Shown here piece by piece: positions 1 to 13,309 of a stretch of DNA of 64,000 bases. The stretch is from Bugula neritina (lineage: Eukaryota > Animalia > Bryozoa). How positions within the stretch are numbered: the first letter of the stretch is position 1; each line of letters begins with the position of its first letter. The notes under the pieces are model-generated. The model saw only the letters and a list, made by a program, of their open reading frames with translations. It was not told where the DNA came from and made no database searches. Where the stretch lies: NCBI GenBank assembly GCA_964035545.1, contig OZ037771.1, positions 14,631,133 through 14,695,132 on the forward strand, written 5' to 3'. Both the position numbers and the translations under genes were made by a program.

Positions 1-120
1 TTAGTATGTCATCGTAATAAACTGTTTCTGAAAACGCTGTGATGTATTTGGCAAGCTGGTAATGGTATGTTATTATAACAAGTGTTACCAGCTGAGGATA
101 AAATACTCGGTTTATATTCT

Positions 121-3100
121 ATGGTATCTCAAAGACATCAAGTACGAATTATGAACTACTGGTGTATTCTGTCTACAGCTGTAAGCATTTCATTTTTACG
201 TCAATTTATTATTTGCTCTAAAGCATGGTAATGTAATTATATTTAATTAAATGTATGCACTTATTAGTTATTTCTCTTTTCAGATTGTGTTCGGATTTTT
301 CAAAGTTGGAAAAAGCAGTGATCATCTCCCTCTCAAGTAAACTAACTATAATTAATAAGTCACATTAAAATATAGTTTTTAGCGCTCGGTGTTTTCAAAG
401 TTGAGAACTTTCTAGACTTACAGATTTTATTGTCATGTATGATAAAAGCATAGTAACTAAATCAGAGTTTTTATATCTTGTTAGAGACATAACTTAATTG
501 AAAGCACAGCTAAGGTTGTAACAGCTTGTAAAAGGGAAACATTATTCATCAGATGGCTTAATGCGTTATATGCCTGCCACAATCTTTACAACTTGCAGCT
601 TACTTATAATACTTTGGCTTTATCCCACTTAAACATTTCCCACTTAGACAATTTTTTTAATTTGGTACACTATATAATATAGTAATATACAAATATAACT
701 GTTGCATTTACTGCTAAGCATGAAATGAGCTACTGAGCCAGCCATTTGCTTTAAGCTTAGGGCCACACGGTGCGTATTTTCGCATGTGAAAATTGAAATC
801 ACTAAGTAGCAAAGGTGTCCCTAGGTGGCCCTAGGCTAACTCAATACTAATTTAGCTATATTTTATTTTATTCAGAATAACAGAATAAAATGCACAAATG
901 CATTTTATGGTATATTACATATACTGCTATATTACAACCTTTTCTTATTTTATTTTGTCTATCTTTTAGCCTACCTTTAAGTTAAAGGTTTGTGCAAGAT
1001 ATATGGCTTCTTATAGAAGCGTTGTTACTGTAAGTGGCTTGCTGGTGGCTTCTTTGCTTGCTATTATGTGCTAAATGATAGCATTAAATACATATATTAC
1101 AATAAAATTTATAAATATTGTCCAAGTGGGAACAGTTCATGTGGAAAAAATGTTTGAATGAGATGACACCAGTATTTTTGTAAAGCTACTCTAATTTTAG
1201 AGCTTCCTACAATGGCTTTCAGCTGTTTCTCAACACATCTGGCACGGCAGTCTACCAAATGCAGCAAGATGACTATAAAAGTGACAAATATATTTTAATC
1301 GGTACTTCCGAAGGGATCAAAACAACAAATGGAGAAACTACTGAAGTTCTTGTTCCACTCTTGCAGGTTAGAAGTTTCACTCAAGTTAACGGAACTCAGG
1401 TGGTGTTTGTAGACTACGGAAATCATTGCGTTAAAATTTTAAACAGACAGAACAATAGCGTGAAGGTTTGCGCCGGTGTGTGCGGAAGCTTTGAGGAGAA
1501 AATGTATGAAGATGGTTTCTTTCATCCCTTTGCATTAGAAAAAGACATCAGAAATCCAGGACAAGTTTTAGTGACAGACTTTAAGACACAATCTATAAAA
1601 ACTGTGAATCTGAATACAGGAAAAGTTGAGTTACTCATTAGGTATGATTTCCGGAATCCAATTAGCCTCCAATGGTTTAATGAAACACTGCTGGTAACCA
1701 GCTATTATGACTTGATCACCCAGATTAGCTGGAATAGTAATGGAACTGTGAGTGCGCATGTTTTGACTGGCACTAGGAATGTGTTTGGGGACCGGCTAGG
1801 CACATTCGATGAAGCAAATTCATCAACTATTTATGACATTAAAAAGTATCAAAACGGAATATATCTTATGGCTGATTCGAGAAACAGGAAACTAAAACTA
1901 GTGGATATGGTTGCTAGGAGAATTGGCCCTGTTTGCTTTAATAAATACTTCGCTTGCACAAGAAGCACAAAGTTTTCATCTGAACCCAGGTCTCTACTAA
2001 AATTGGACAGTGAAATATTAATTGGGATGGAACAAAATATATATAAAACTACAGGTAAATATAACTAAAGTGATTTCCAAAACCATTTGACTAAACTGTT
2101 TGTATAATGCATTATATATAACCTGATTATTATGCATGTGATAATATTTTCAGCAACTTTGAAATGTAAAGAAAGTTGCTTATAGTGACATTTTGTGCAG
2201 GTAAAATAAAATTTTAGTTGAATTAATGATTATTTATAATGTTATATTTTATAAATTTAAGTATTGTAATGCCAAGTCAAACAATTTATGGCATATCTAA
2301 ATTAAATATCGTGATATTTTATTTTTATTTTTTAGGTTTTCAGTTATCTTGCTCATCCAGCAATATAACTGCTTTCTTACTTCCTGGACAGGTTTACGTA
2401 AGAGTTAATATAACTGAGAAAATCCCACCGAAACTGGTATCAGCTAGTCGGCATTATCAGTTTTATTACAGAGAGGGGACGTGGCCTGAGGAACACCAGT
2501 ATATCAGCAAATCAGGAACTTACCAAAACATGAATTGTACTTACTACGTTAATGTGCACAGTAAGTTGCAGTTCTGTTAATATCGTGATAACAGATAAGT
2601 GTATATCAATTCAATATAGATTTTAGTGTTTCTCATTATAAACAGACAGTGGCTATAAAGCACATTAATGGTGTCAAATGGTGATGGGTTAACCTCAAAA
2701 TTATGTTGTAGAGTCACCTATAATCAGGAGGCTGATCTTCAAATCAGAATATTATCTACCCTGCTATTTCCTAGACAAGTCTGGGTTCTTGAAAGCATTG
2801 AAGCATTCACTGGATCACAGAAGGGGCTCTATCCAAGATGTCTGTGGTCATGGTAAGGTGATTGCCTAGCAAAATATAAAAACTGATAAAATCACAATAA
2901 AATAATATTCTGTGTGATCCTTAATAGAATGGTGGTGTTAAGTTTCATCAAGTCAACAGTTCATGAAGTTCAGGCTGTGGTAAAAGTTAGGTCAGCCCGA
3001 ATTAGGTTACGCAGTTATGACTTAACCCAACTGAGTACAATATGAATTAAGTTGCTAGTTGCTAAAACTGGGAATTAATTTGCATCGGAGTTGAGAACAA

Positions 3101-4257
3101 AATGAGCTCAGTGCTCAATTATTCCTATAGCACAGTTCCACTTGTTATATTAAAGTTTCAAGTCACTATAGCTGTTACGTACAATCAAAGCATATTTTAT
3201 AGATTTTAAACAACATTGCAATCTCTCAAGAAAACTAAAGCACAATTAATTGTTTAATTGGTATTCATTAGCTCATTTATTTTTTTATAAAATCCATAAA
3301 ATATTTTTTAAAATGTTGATTTTTACATTTATAGTTATATGGAATTAGCCTTGCAGTAGCTAATACAAGAAAGGAAATGAACTTGTTCAAGTGAATGCAC
3401 ATGTTGGCAATATAAAGTTATTATTGAGTTAATTAAGCTGTTATCCTCAGTAAACTAGTAAAATTCAATTTAAGGTTTGCCATATTATAAGTTTTAACTG
3501 AGAAATGATTGTAAAAGATAGGATTTTATTTACCTAAAATATGGTACTACTTTAAGATATCTGCTTGTTTAACCAGACTGCAAAATGTGTCCTGACACAA
3601 AACCACGTTACACCTGCAAGAATAACATTCTGACTGTTGATTGGTTAACTGAGACTCTGTATCCACTCAACATCAAGCAGATGTCTGCAGAAGTTAGAGA
3701 TAGAGTAAAGAAAGATCTAGAAGACCTAAAAGTTTTGAGAAGCTTGGGGTTTTTCATTCCATTTCACATCCCACCGTAAGATAACTTTATTTTACTTTTA
3801 TATAAATATAAAACAACTCCTATAATCGTACTTAGTAACTATAGTTTAGTGTACTATTTACAATGATTCCAAAATATCTTTTTACATTAAAGAGTTAATG
3901 GTGAACTAAAAAGAATGTCATATGTTATGTGTTATGCCATGCAATTCAAATAAAGCAGGATAATATATTCTCACATGCATGATTGGTGAAATATTTTAGA
4001 TACTGAACAAAAGAGCTAGCAATTCATTTATTTATTTCTCCTAAATCAATTCGTAATACAAATGTTTTTGCCTTAAAATATTTGTCAAAATATTTTCCTT
4101 GCATAAAGTATATTTCCTTAACAAAATTTTGCCCTCTTCTATCAGGTTGAGTGTCGCCAAGAAGAATGTTAGAGGAGAGATCATTGAATTGCTTCTCTCA
4201 TCCTCCTGCGCTGACAAAACTCTGTCTTATGATGCCAAAACAGACACCTGTTATTAG
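121..4257 (+). CDS. Secreted NHL-repeat-like beta-propeller protein with Cys-containing C-terminal module, paralog 1 (~547 aa). Exons 121-180, 284-336, 1201-2054, 2336-2560, 2712-2852, 3577-3775, 4146-4257
   Basis: All junctions GT-AG and in frame (1644 nt). Hydrophobic N-terminus (YWCILSTAIVFGFF). Exon 3 has NHL-type motifs (VFVDYGNHCVK, DIRNPGQVLVTD, YLMADSRNRKLKLVD). Intron phases 0,2,1,1,1,2 and exon sizes 53/141/199 shared with the paralogs. Start could be ATG 151. Confidence 0.85.
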
Positions 4258-5562
4258 CAGTCACTGCAGTCTGTGATATACATTCTGGCAGCTGTAGAAA
4301 CAGCAGCATTTAATTTCCCTGCAGTAAACTATAAGTTATCAAAGCATTGTTCTTTGATAAAATAAAACAAGCTAATATAATATCGGTATGTTTTTATTGT
4401 ATTTGCATCTGATTAGATCTGAAATATAGCAAAACAAACATTGCATCATGCTCTACTTTCTGATTCCAAATCATTTACATTCATCTGAAGCTTCATAAAA
4501 TTAATCATTGCTTAATATTTCAACCAAACAAAAGAAAAGTAATAAAATTTAGACTAGAAGTACAAACTCTACAATACAATATATTTTTGTTTTCATCACT
4601 TTATAACTGAGCTTTGCAAAGTAGAGTTGGAGAGAGTGAGAGAAATGCATAAACAAAATAAGATTACAATATCTATAATAAGTTATAAATTCTACGTACA
4701 GCACATTTCTACTGAAAGCTTAAATGTTGAGTAAAAACTAGACGTTACTAAAAATAGGAAGATCTTTCTCTATAGACTCTAAATATAAGTAATATAGTTT
4801 TAGACCGTCATTCTTCATCTTGAAAGTGATATACAACGCAATTATTGGTGCTATGCAAATATAATACGGTGTACAATACATAAGTAGCATTTTACTTATA
4901 TAATATGGTCTTTATATAGCCATGGTCCTAAAACCTATAATTATCAAAGCTAATGTATCATTATTTTGCTGCACATGGCTCCATGCACATTTGAGAGATG
5001 CTATATAGCCTATGATTATATTACATAGTAGCAAATCCAATATGGTACGGTTGCACAATGTACAATGGGAAATTAAAACCGTTTGCATATTGGCATTGCA
5101 AGCATTATCTGTTCTAGCTTTCATTTGAATAATGTATTTGATACTTTGTTTAAAGTTATTTATGGATTTGCAAATAAATAATCTTGTAAAGCAGCATAAA
5201 GATATATAAAATTATATTTGTGCAGCATAGTTAAAATGTGAAGTTTTGAATTATTACATAACATTACAACGCACCTTTTCTTTAAACAGGAGCAGTGACA
5301 CATCAGGAGTTCAATATAATGATGTCTTTTTTTCTACACCCTATGATTAGCCTGTCACTTAAGATCATAAATTGAATAGTGCATTATAAAGCCTAAGAAT
5401 ATTAATATAACTACAGTTAGCTGAACTTTATGCCAATTAGCAACTGTTATATATAATTATCCACTGAGAAACATTAAAACCGACTACGAGGGTGACTCTT
5501 GCAGTTACTTGAAGTCATTTCTTAAACGCAGGTAAACGTTACCTTACAGCTGGAAAAGAGCA

Positions 5563-8500
5563 ATGGATTACAGAAGTGTTTTATTAGTCGTAAGTATATA
5601 ATTTATTCTGATTAAGTTTTAGAAATATTAATTTGAATTTTAAAATAAATATAATATTATATGTTTGTTTTAGATTATTGCTATGCTTCTTGGAAAGACC
5701 GATGCGTTGCACAATCTTCATTTGAGGTATGCAAGCTAAACTTAGTCTGTTTGTGTACCATCATATACAGCATACTCCAATTTTCATCTATTCCCACAAA
5801 TTTTCCCATATCAATTTTAGTTCTTCCTTTAAAAGATTAACATCTACAGTATATATCTCAAGTTACTCCCAAACAAAGACTCCTAAATTAAGCTATAAAT
5901 ACTATAAATTTGAATCAATAGTTTGAGGTGAATAAACCTAAGCAGGAAGTATATAATTTATTTCAATTCTTTGTGAGATTTGCCAGCTAACTTTTTTTAA
6001 TTTTATTTGAGAGATTTTGTAATGCAAAATTATTTGCCTGATCTAGAATATTCCATCAGTATATATACTAGCTGTTATTCAAATATCTGAGTTCTATGTA
6101 GCCCGGTGCTACTGTGGATTGTGAAGCCTTCAAATTGAAACTGATATACACAGGCGTTTGCCTTTTTGGAAAAACATGAAGAATTTTTGGCACCATTTAC
6201 GCTCAATTAGATTTAATTGCTTATAGCTGGGCAAAGACCTATATAGTTAACATTAACTATAAGCACAATAGACCTGAAGAGTTGTGCAGATGGGGCAGAT
6301 ATTATTTTATTAAAGTTGTTTATCAAACTTTTACTAAAATATGCTTCGCTCTAAACATAGCCAGCACTGGTGGTGTTTCTAACTTACTACAATGTTTGAT
6401 GAGTTTACTGTCTTTTGTTTCTACAAAAACATTGATGAACATATAACAGCTTAGCAATGCTACAGTCAACTGGTTCAGGGCTAAACATGCATTTGTAGTT
6501 TTTTACCCTTTGCAGTCTCTCCTACACCAACTTTGATCTATTTCTCAAGACACATTACCCAGTTTACCACATGGAGCCAGACACTTTTAAGGGTAATAGT
6601 AGTCTACTAATAGGTGGATCCAGAGGTCTAGAGATCACTGATGGCCAGACAACCACACGGATTCTGAAAATATTTGTGAGCAGCTTCACACAGCTGAACA
6701 GAACCCATGTAGTGGTAGTGCATCGCTTTGAACATTGCTTGAAAATCCTCAACAGAGAGAATGGAAATTTCCAGACTCTGGCAGGAAAATGTGGTTACAG
6801 TGGGTACACAGAAAAAGGAGTGACGAGTGGACAACATTTCAAACCATTTGGTGTTCAGTTAGATATCAGAAACCCTGGCAAACTCATAGTAACTGATACA
6901 TACCACCATGCACTAGTATCTGTAGATGTTCGAACAGGCCAGTTTCACACCATTACAAAATCAGGGTTTGAAGAACCTTCTAGCTTGCAATGGGCAAACA
7001 AGCAACAGGTGTTTGTGATTAATTATCACTCTTACATTTCTCAAGTGAGCTGGTCAAGCACTGGAGCTGTAGACAGTCACGTAGTCACTGGTTCACCAAC
7101 AAAGCAAGGTGATGCAATCGGAAAGATGGAAGAAGCTCAGTTTGACACTGTCACTGGAGTTGAAAAGCTAAGAGACAACATATACCTGGTAACGGATAGC
7201 AAGAATAGAAAGCTGAAGTTGCTAGACATGAATGAGCAAGTGGTTGGTGCTGTATGTGTCAGAGGCGAAGAATCTTGTTCAGTGAGTAGTGTATTACCCA
7301 GAGAGCCCACTTCTCTGGTGGAAATAGAAGGCAAGATGTACGTTGCCATGCACAACAACATCTACAAGCTTAGTGGTAAGAATATAGACAGTGAATATCT
7401 ATCTAATCTAAAATAATTATGGCGCAAGTTGCTATTTTCATCATTTTGATTACCAGCTCTATAAACCACTACGATAATCATATAACCCTATGGACCCTAA
7501 TTGAATGTTCAGATTAGCTATAAATACATATTTTAGAGTTTATATGTGACAATTATTTTTCCATTTTTGGAGCCTAATTTGAACTGTTTATTCTTTATTT
7601 AGGACGGTTAGTAAACAAGTTTGCCTTATTAAACTTCTGATTGAAATAATATTTTTTAAAACTTTTTCAATATAATTTGAAGTTTAAACCCATAGTTTGA
7701 ATTATTAAATTTGTTTTATTTAAAACTGCTATAAAATTGGTAGAAACTAAAATTTACAACTGTACATTCATTGAAAAGTGGTGGATTTAATTGACATTTA
7801 TCATAATGTTGCATATAATAAATGAAATCTTTATTCTCTTAGGTGAGAGCTTTGCATGCACTTACGGTAACAACACAGGGTCTCTGCCACCTGGGGAAGT
7901 CAGAATTCAACTCAGACTAACAGAATCACAGCAACAAAGTCATGTTCAACATTCAGGTCAAGTGCACATGGAACAAATAGCTCAGTCTCCTTACAACACC
8001 TGCACCTACCACAGTACTGTGGAGGGTAAGTTAGGCACTATTTATAGAACTTGAACATCTTGGGCATATGCATTACAAATATTTCAAGAGAGCAACTGTT
8101 AAAATTGAAAGAGATTTATAAAGTTCAGAACCTTTTAACCTCATAAAAAAGTTTCAAACAGCAGATTTTTACCATTATATCAGGTTGTTAATTTTTGTCA
8201 TTGATAAATTTAAAAGCTTCATGACATTATAACTTTACTTTTTTAATATTTACAGATTTCCCAGTAACAAGGAGATTATCGTTCAGAGCTAAATTCCGTC
8301 TTCAATGCTCTCTTATGAGCGAACATGGATTCAAGTTTTATGTGAAAGCAGCATTTCGTCAGAAGAGAAAAATCATCCAAGAATTTTGTGGACAAGGTTA
8401 GATCCGATCTAAAGCAAACTTACAATAAGCTTTTTAGATTCCAACGAAATGATAATTAAATTAATAAACTATGTACATCTGCTGTGTTTAGATTGTACTC

Positions 8501-8804
8501 TCCCTCTCAACCTTGAACCACAGTTTAATTGTGGGAACAACACCCTCACTGTCTATTGGTTGACCTCCGGGATCTACTTGGCTGACATGGTGGAACCACC
8601 AAAAGGGATAAAGAGGGTTACTGAGCAGATAAACCAGTCTAATCTCATGACATCATTAGGGAGCCATGACTCTACTTACATCTTTGAGTAAGTGATTATT
8701 ACTTCTAGAGCAATTTATAATTAATCGCGTTTACTCTTTCCAACTTGTTATAAAAAACGTGTTTTAAAAGTCCTTAAAATTTGTCTCATATAAATTATAA
8801 TATG

Positions 8805-8859
<55 letters not shown>

Positions 8860-9065
8860 ATATATATAAACTATAGCTAAGCTATAGCTATCTCACTGTA
8901 TTTAATCTCTATTACATCAACTTTATCTAAACTATTCATGTTTGCATCAACAGTACAGACTCTGCACAGACAAATTCACCAGGAGAGAAAGTTGAGGTTG
9001 TTCTATTTTCTACCTGCACTGATCCAACTCAGTCTTACGACTCAAACACAGACTCTTGTTCTTAA
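5563..9065 (+). CDS. Secreted NHL-repeat-like beta-propeller protein, paralog 2 (~523 aa). Exons 5563-5589, 5674-5726, 6516-7375, 7843-8025, 8256-8396, 8492-8687, 8954-9065
   Basis: GT-AG junctions, open frame of 1572 nt, signal-peptide-like MDYRSVLLVIIAMLLGKTDA, motifs LAGKCGYSGY, DIRNPGKLIVTD, YLVTDSKNRKLKLLD; same exon phases as paralog 1. Confidence 0.85.
8807..8867. repeat. (TA)n microsatellite in the last intron of paralog 2
   Basis: Directly visible dinucleotide run. Confidence 0.95.
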
Positions 9066-11312
9066 AATTATCCCCCTTTGCATGTTACATGGTGAAAGGA
9101 CAATTCAAGCAGTACTGTATTCATGTAACAGAGAAACAGCTCTGTCCATTATACTATTATAAGATCTTGAACTTCCATTCTTGCAAATTGTTAAAGTGAT
9201 CTAATGCTAAGATTTAATAATAAAGATTGCCACTTCTGTGTATATACCTTATAAGTTATCGTTTTATACATTAAATATAGGTTTTAATCAATAGAATATG
9301 AAATTAAATGTCATTGATTAAAGAATAAATGTTTGCTTTATATCTTTTAAAAACATTAATAATTTTTATATAAACTTTTAACATTAACGTTTGAAACTTA
9401 AATAGAAAACAAGTTACAGCTACTGGTAATTTCAAGGCATGCATGCATATTCCTATAAATACATTTATACTTAACTTCCTCAAAACTTTTTTAGAACTTT
9501 ATTCTTTCCCAATATTTACTTTGTGTTGAGTGAAAGACAAAGCGTTTAGGAGAGGTGTGCAAATAAATTTTCAGATCTGCTTAACAACGCCATCTTCCTA
9601 TTTTTTGTCAACAGTTTTTCTGCTTAGTGCAAGTTTTTTTACCTCTTAAATAAAAGAATCAAAAGTAACTCTAGTTGCATGCACCACCTAGTGGTCCTTG
9701 CAGATAACTATGATCGAATTTTACTGCAGTATTTTCCTATTGCATGCACTAACTGATAACATAGACTTTATGCAGTATACCACATTAAGTGTTAAAAGTA
9801 TTTTTGTGACTGATAGCTATACGATTTATTTTTCAACAGACAGAATAATCCCACAACTGTAAAATTTTACAGATACCAAATTTATCAAAATAATGTTTTA
9901 GAGATTTGCAAACTGCAACAAAGTAAAATTTAAAAAATTTAATTTAAAAGGCTTACATCAATTTCTTGCCAAATAGATGAAAATTATATATTATTTACAT
10001 TGATTTACCAAATAAGTAATAATAGTAATGAAATGCTAAGAACATTTTATATCTACAATAATATGCGAGGTTTTAAGCACCCAAATGTATTGAAACATTA
10101 TAATTCTAAAAGTGTAACAATAATTATTAACTTATATTATTTTTTGTTATCATCAAGATAATTGCATTACTATAATATAATTATTTCCACCAGTATAGAC
10201 ATATATGATTTCAACATTTTTTTCTATATTATTAAATATCATCACAAATAAACAACTGCCTTATAAAGTGCTTCAATCACAATAAATATATTTTCAAATT
10301 ACTTTCAAATGTATTGATATAATAAACCAGTTATTTGCTGGTGTTTACAGGGCGATGAAATATTAGTTAATTCAGTATAACTCTAAGTCTAAAGTTTATT
10401 CATACCAGGGGCTACAATAGCTGCCGTACATTCTTTTTGTATAATAAAATTAGAAGAAATAAGAACGGAGACATAAAACATTGGCTACAAGGCAACACAA
10501 CACATAGCTCAAACCTGAATAAATAACAAAGAGAGATGTATAATCCATTAGACTTATATAAGCTTTTATTTAACTGTAACTTAGCCAAGTGTATAGTGAC
10601 AATGAATTGCTTTTGTCATGCTTCATCATCTTAAGCAAACTACTCAAATTATTATTTTTGAATTCAAAATGCATAGCTTTTACGAAAGCATTTTAGTTAT
10701 CCTCTCTGAAAATAATTATGTACTATGCAGTTTACCACAATAAACATACTGCTTTATAAAACAGTTTAATTTATAGAAAATAATGTTAGAGCTTCAACAT
10801 ACAAGTTATTATTGTATTTAATTTCTACTTTAATATTCAACATACAAGTTTACAAATACTAAGACTTCAGATCATGATGGTTGACAAAATATTTCATCAC
10901 ATGACTAGAAGCCACTGTCCATCTGGAAAACAATAAATTGGTAATTTGTCACCATCTGAGCAACATTATACTTTGAAATTTGCATTTTTCAACAATTGAT
11001 TATTATCTAAACTGTAGCTTGAAAAGAGCTGTATTAAGTAGTTGTACAAAAAAAAAGATTATGATAGTTGTTTTCTAAGAAAAACTTCGATTTTCTGTTT
11101 CTCAATGACAACTGATAAAAGTTATTATTTTACCATTCACAGTATGATTGCAAAATTTCATAGAAATCAGCTTGCATTATCTTTGCACAGTATATATCAT
11201 AATAACTGGAAGCTGAAATTGCTTTACAAAGCTTCATAATCTACGTATTCTGATGAATACAACATGCTTCGATAATTTCCTCTCAAAATATAAAAACAGA
11301 ATTAAATTTCCC

Positions 11313-11373
11313 CACTAAACTCGTAGTTCCTATCTGAACATACTTTATTTAGATAGGAACTAAGAGTTTAGTG
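11313..11373. other. 61-nt near-perfect hairpin (pre-miRNA-sized, or a tiny palindromic element)
   Basis: CACTAAACTC-G-TAGTTCCTATCT pairs with AGATAGGAACTA-A-GAGTTTAGTG around a ~15-nt spacer. Confidence 0.6.
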
Positions 11374-13309
11374 TGCAACTGATAGCACTATGTACAGATT
11401 ATCATATGTTATTTATACTATGTTTAATATTAAATATCTCGATACATTCATTATTGCTATTATAGCTATACTTTAAAAACTGTATTATATAAACATGGTA
11501 GGTATATAAACCTGGTATGCCATGAATAATTTCCTGAAAAAGCCAATATTTAGGAGTTTATCAAATTAGTTTGCGAACAAAGCAAAAGTTTAAAATTGAA
11601 TAAAACTTATTACTTATAGTAGAAATTATTTTTCTTAACTATATGCTGTTTTATGTAAAGATCAAAATCTTTCTGATCAAAATATGAAGACTAAGAATAA
11701 TAAATTGATTGTCATGGAGAAGAAAAAACCTTTAGTCCTTGAAACAATAAAACATTATATTATATAAATGTATTATATACAATATTACAATACTATATTT
11801 CAATACTAAGAGTGCATTGCTCATTAAATCATACGTTTTATGAGCAAGCATCGGTGTGACAACTCCTTTGAAAACAGATTTGAACAGTAAAATATTCAAA
11901 TACATAATATGCACTAATAAAGAGTTGTTGGAACATTGTATAATCTTGCATATAAAGTTAGTAATAAATTAAATGAGAAATTGATATGAAATGTATTTAG
12001 ACAGGGTTCAGTATTCAGGAAGATTGACATTTAACATAAAAGTTGATAAGTTTGTGAGGAATTGATAGAAATAAGATGCAAATATATAAGCCATTATTGA
12101 TTATAGCAATGTTCCATACTTAAGTATTGTTGACTGAGTCTCAAGCAGTTTGTTAGTTGAATAAAAGTGAAAAATGTGTGCAAGTGTTTCTTCCGAATAT
12201 TGTGGATGTAAATGATGGTAACTTTTTGTTTCTCACACACAGTAACAAATTTAAGTATTGAGGTTATATATTTGTAAAGCTTTATAGAATATCAATTTCT
12301 CAAGCTAACTATATTTATTTGTATATATATACATGAAGTTTCAGCAAGGAGTTTTTTTTAAATTGTTTTTTGAGCCCATTTTCTATAAAGAAAATGCTGT
12401 GATATTTTATCTAATATACATTCTAACTAGTCTAATTTATTACACATATTTTATAAGCTGCACTACTTTTGATATGACAGCTAAATTATTTATAGTTTTT
12501 AAAGAGTTGTGTGTCTATGTAAAACATTATCCTCTTGTAAAGGAAGGACAACCTACTTGGTTTAACTGGTAGGAAATACAAGAGACCAGTTTGTATAATG
12601 TATAATTTATTTTTAATACATATAGGTATACATATATATGAAAATGACACCAAAGAACTTTTACTGTCTTACAACGAAGGGCAGCTAACACTGCAAGAGG
12701 TCTTATTATTGGCTAATATATACATTGTAATATATGTGTAATATAATCTGTAATATATGTGTAATATAATCTGTAATATTGCATGTTGCTAATGTTTATT
12801 GTATTGACTTTATGCCAAATGATGTTTGTAGATTAATTACTGCATTACAAACATTTATAAGGCTGATAAAAGCTAACATGTAGATTGATGAATTACCATG
12901 ACTGGTTTAGAAAGTAAGTTGGTAGTCACATGCTGTGCTATCACCATGTCAAAAATGATGCTAGTTGTGCAGTCAGCTTATACAAAAGTCCAAGAAAAAA
13001 ACAGCATATAGAATTATCAAAGTTACCGCAATTATGATCACTACACTTTTAAACATGAAATTATTTCTCATTTACAGTAAATAACTGAGGTTTTAGAGTT
13101 TTATCAAATACATTTCGTTGAAGTAAAGTGTGAGAAGTCAGCCACAGAACTTCCTGTCAGCAGGTCATACGGATAATTTAGGTGAGTGACATTCAGCAAT
13201 TCGCAGACACCTGTCGACTTCTGGTAGTTGACAGAATAACATGGCTGGCTAGAGAGACATTTTTGGAGACAGCGGAAAGCGGAATGGGTGTTCATGGTGG
13301 TGTAGGCAC

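Noticed and set aside
10405-10514. Possible minus-strand exon (AG...CCTG|GTATGA; MFYVSVLISSNFIIQKECTAAIVAP)
   Set aside because: No partner exons or recognisable domain found; cannot be supported.
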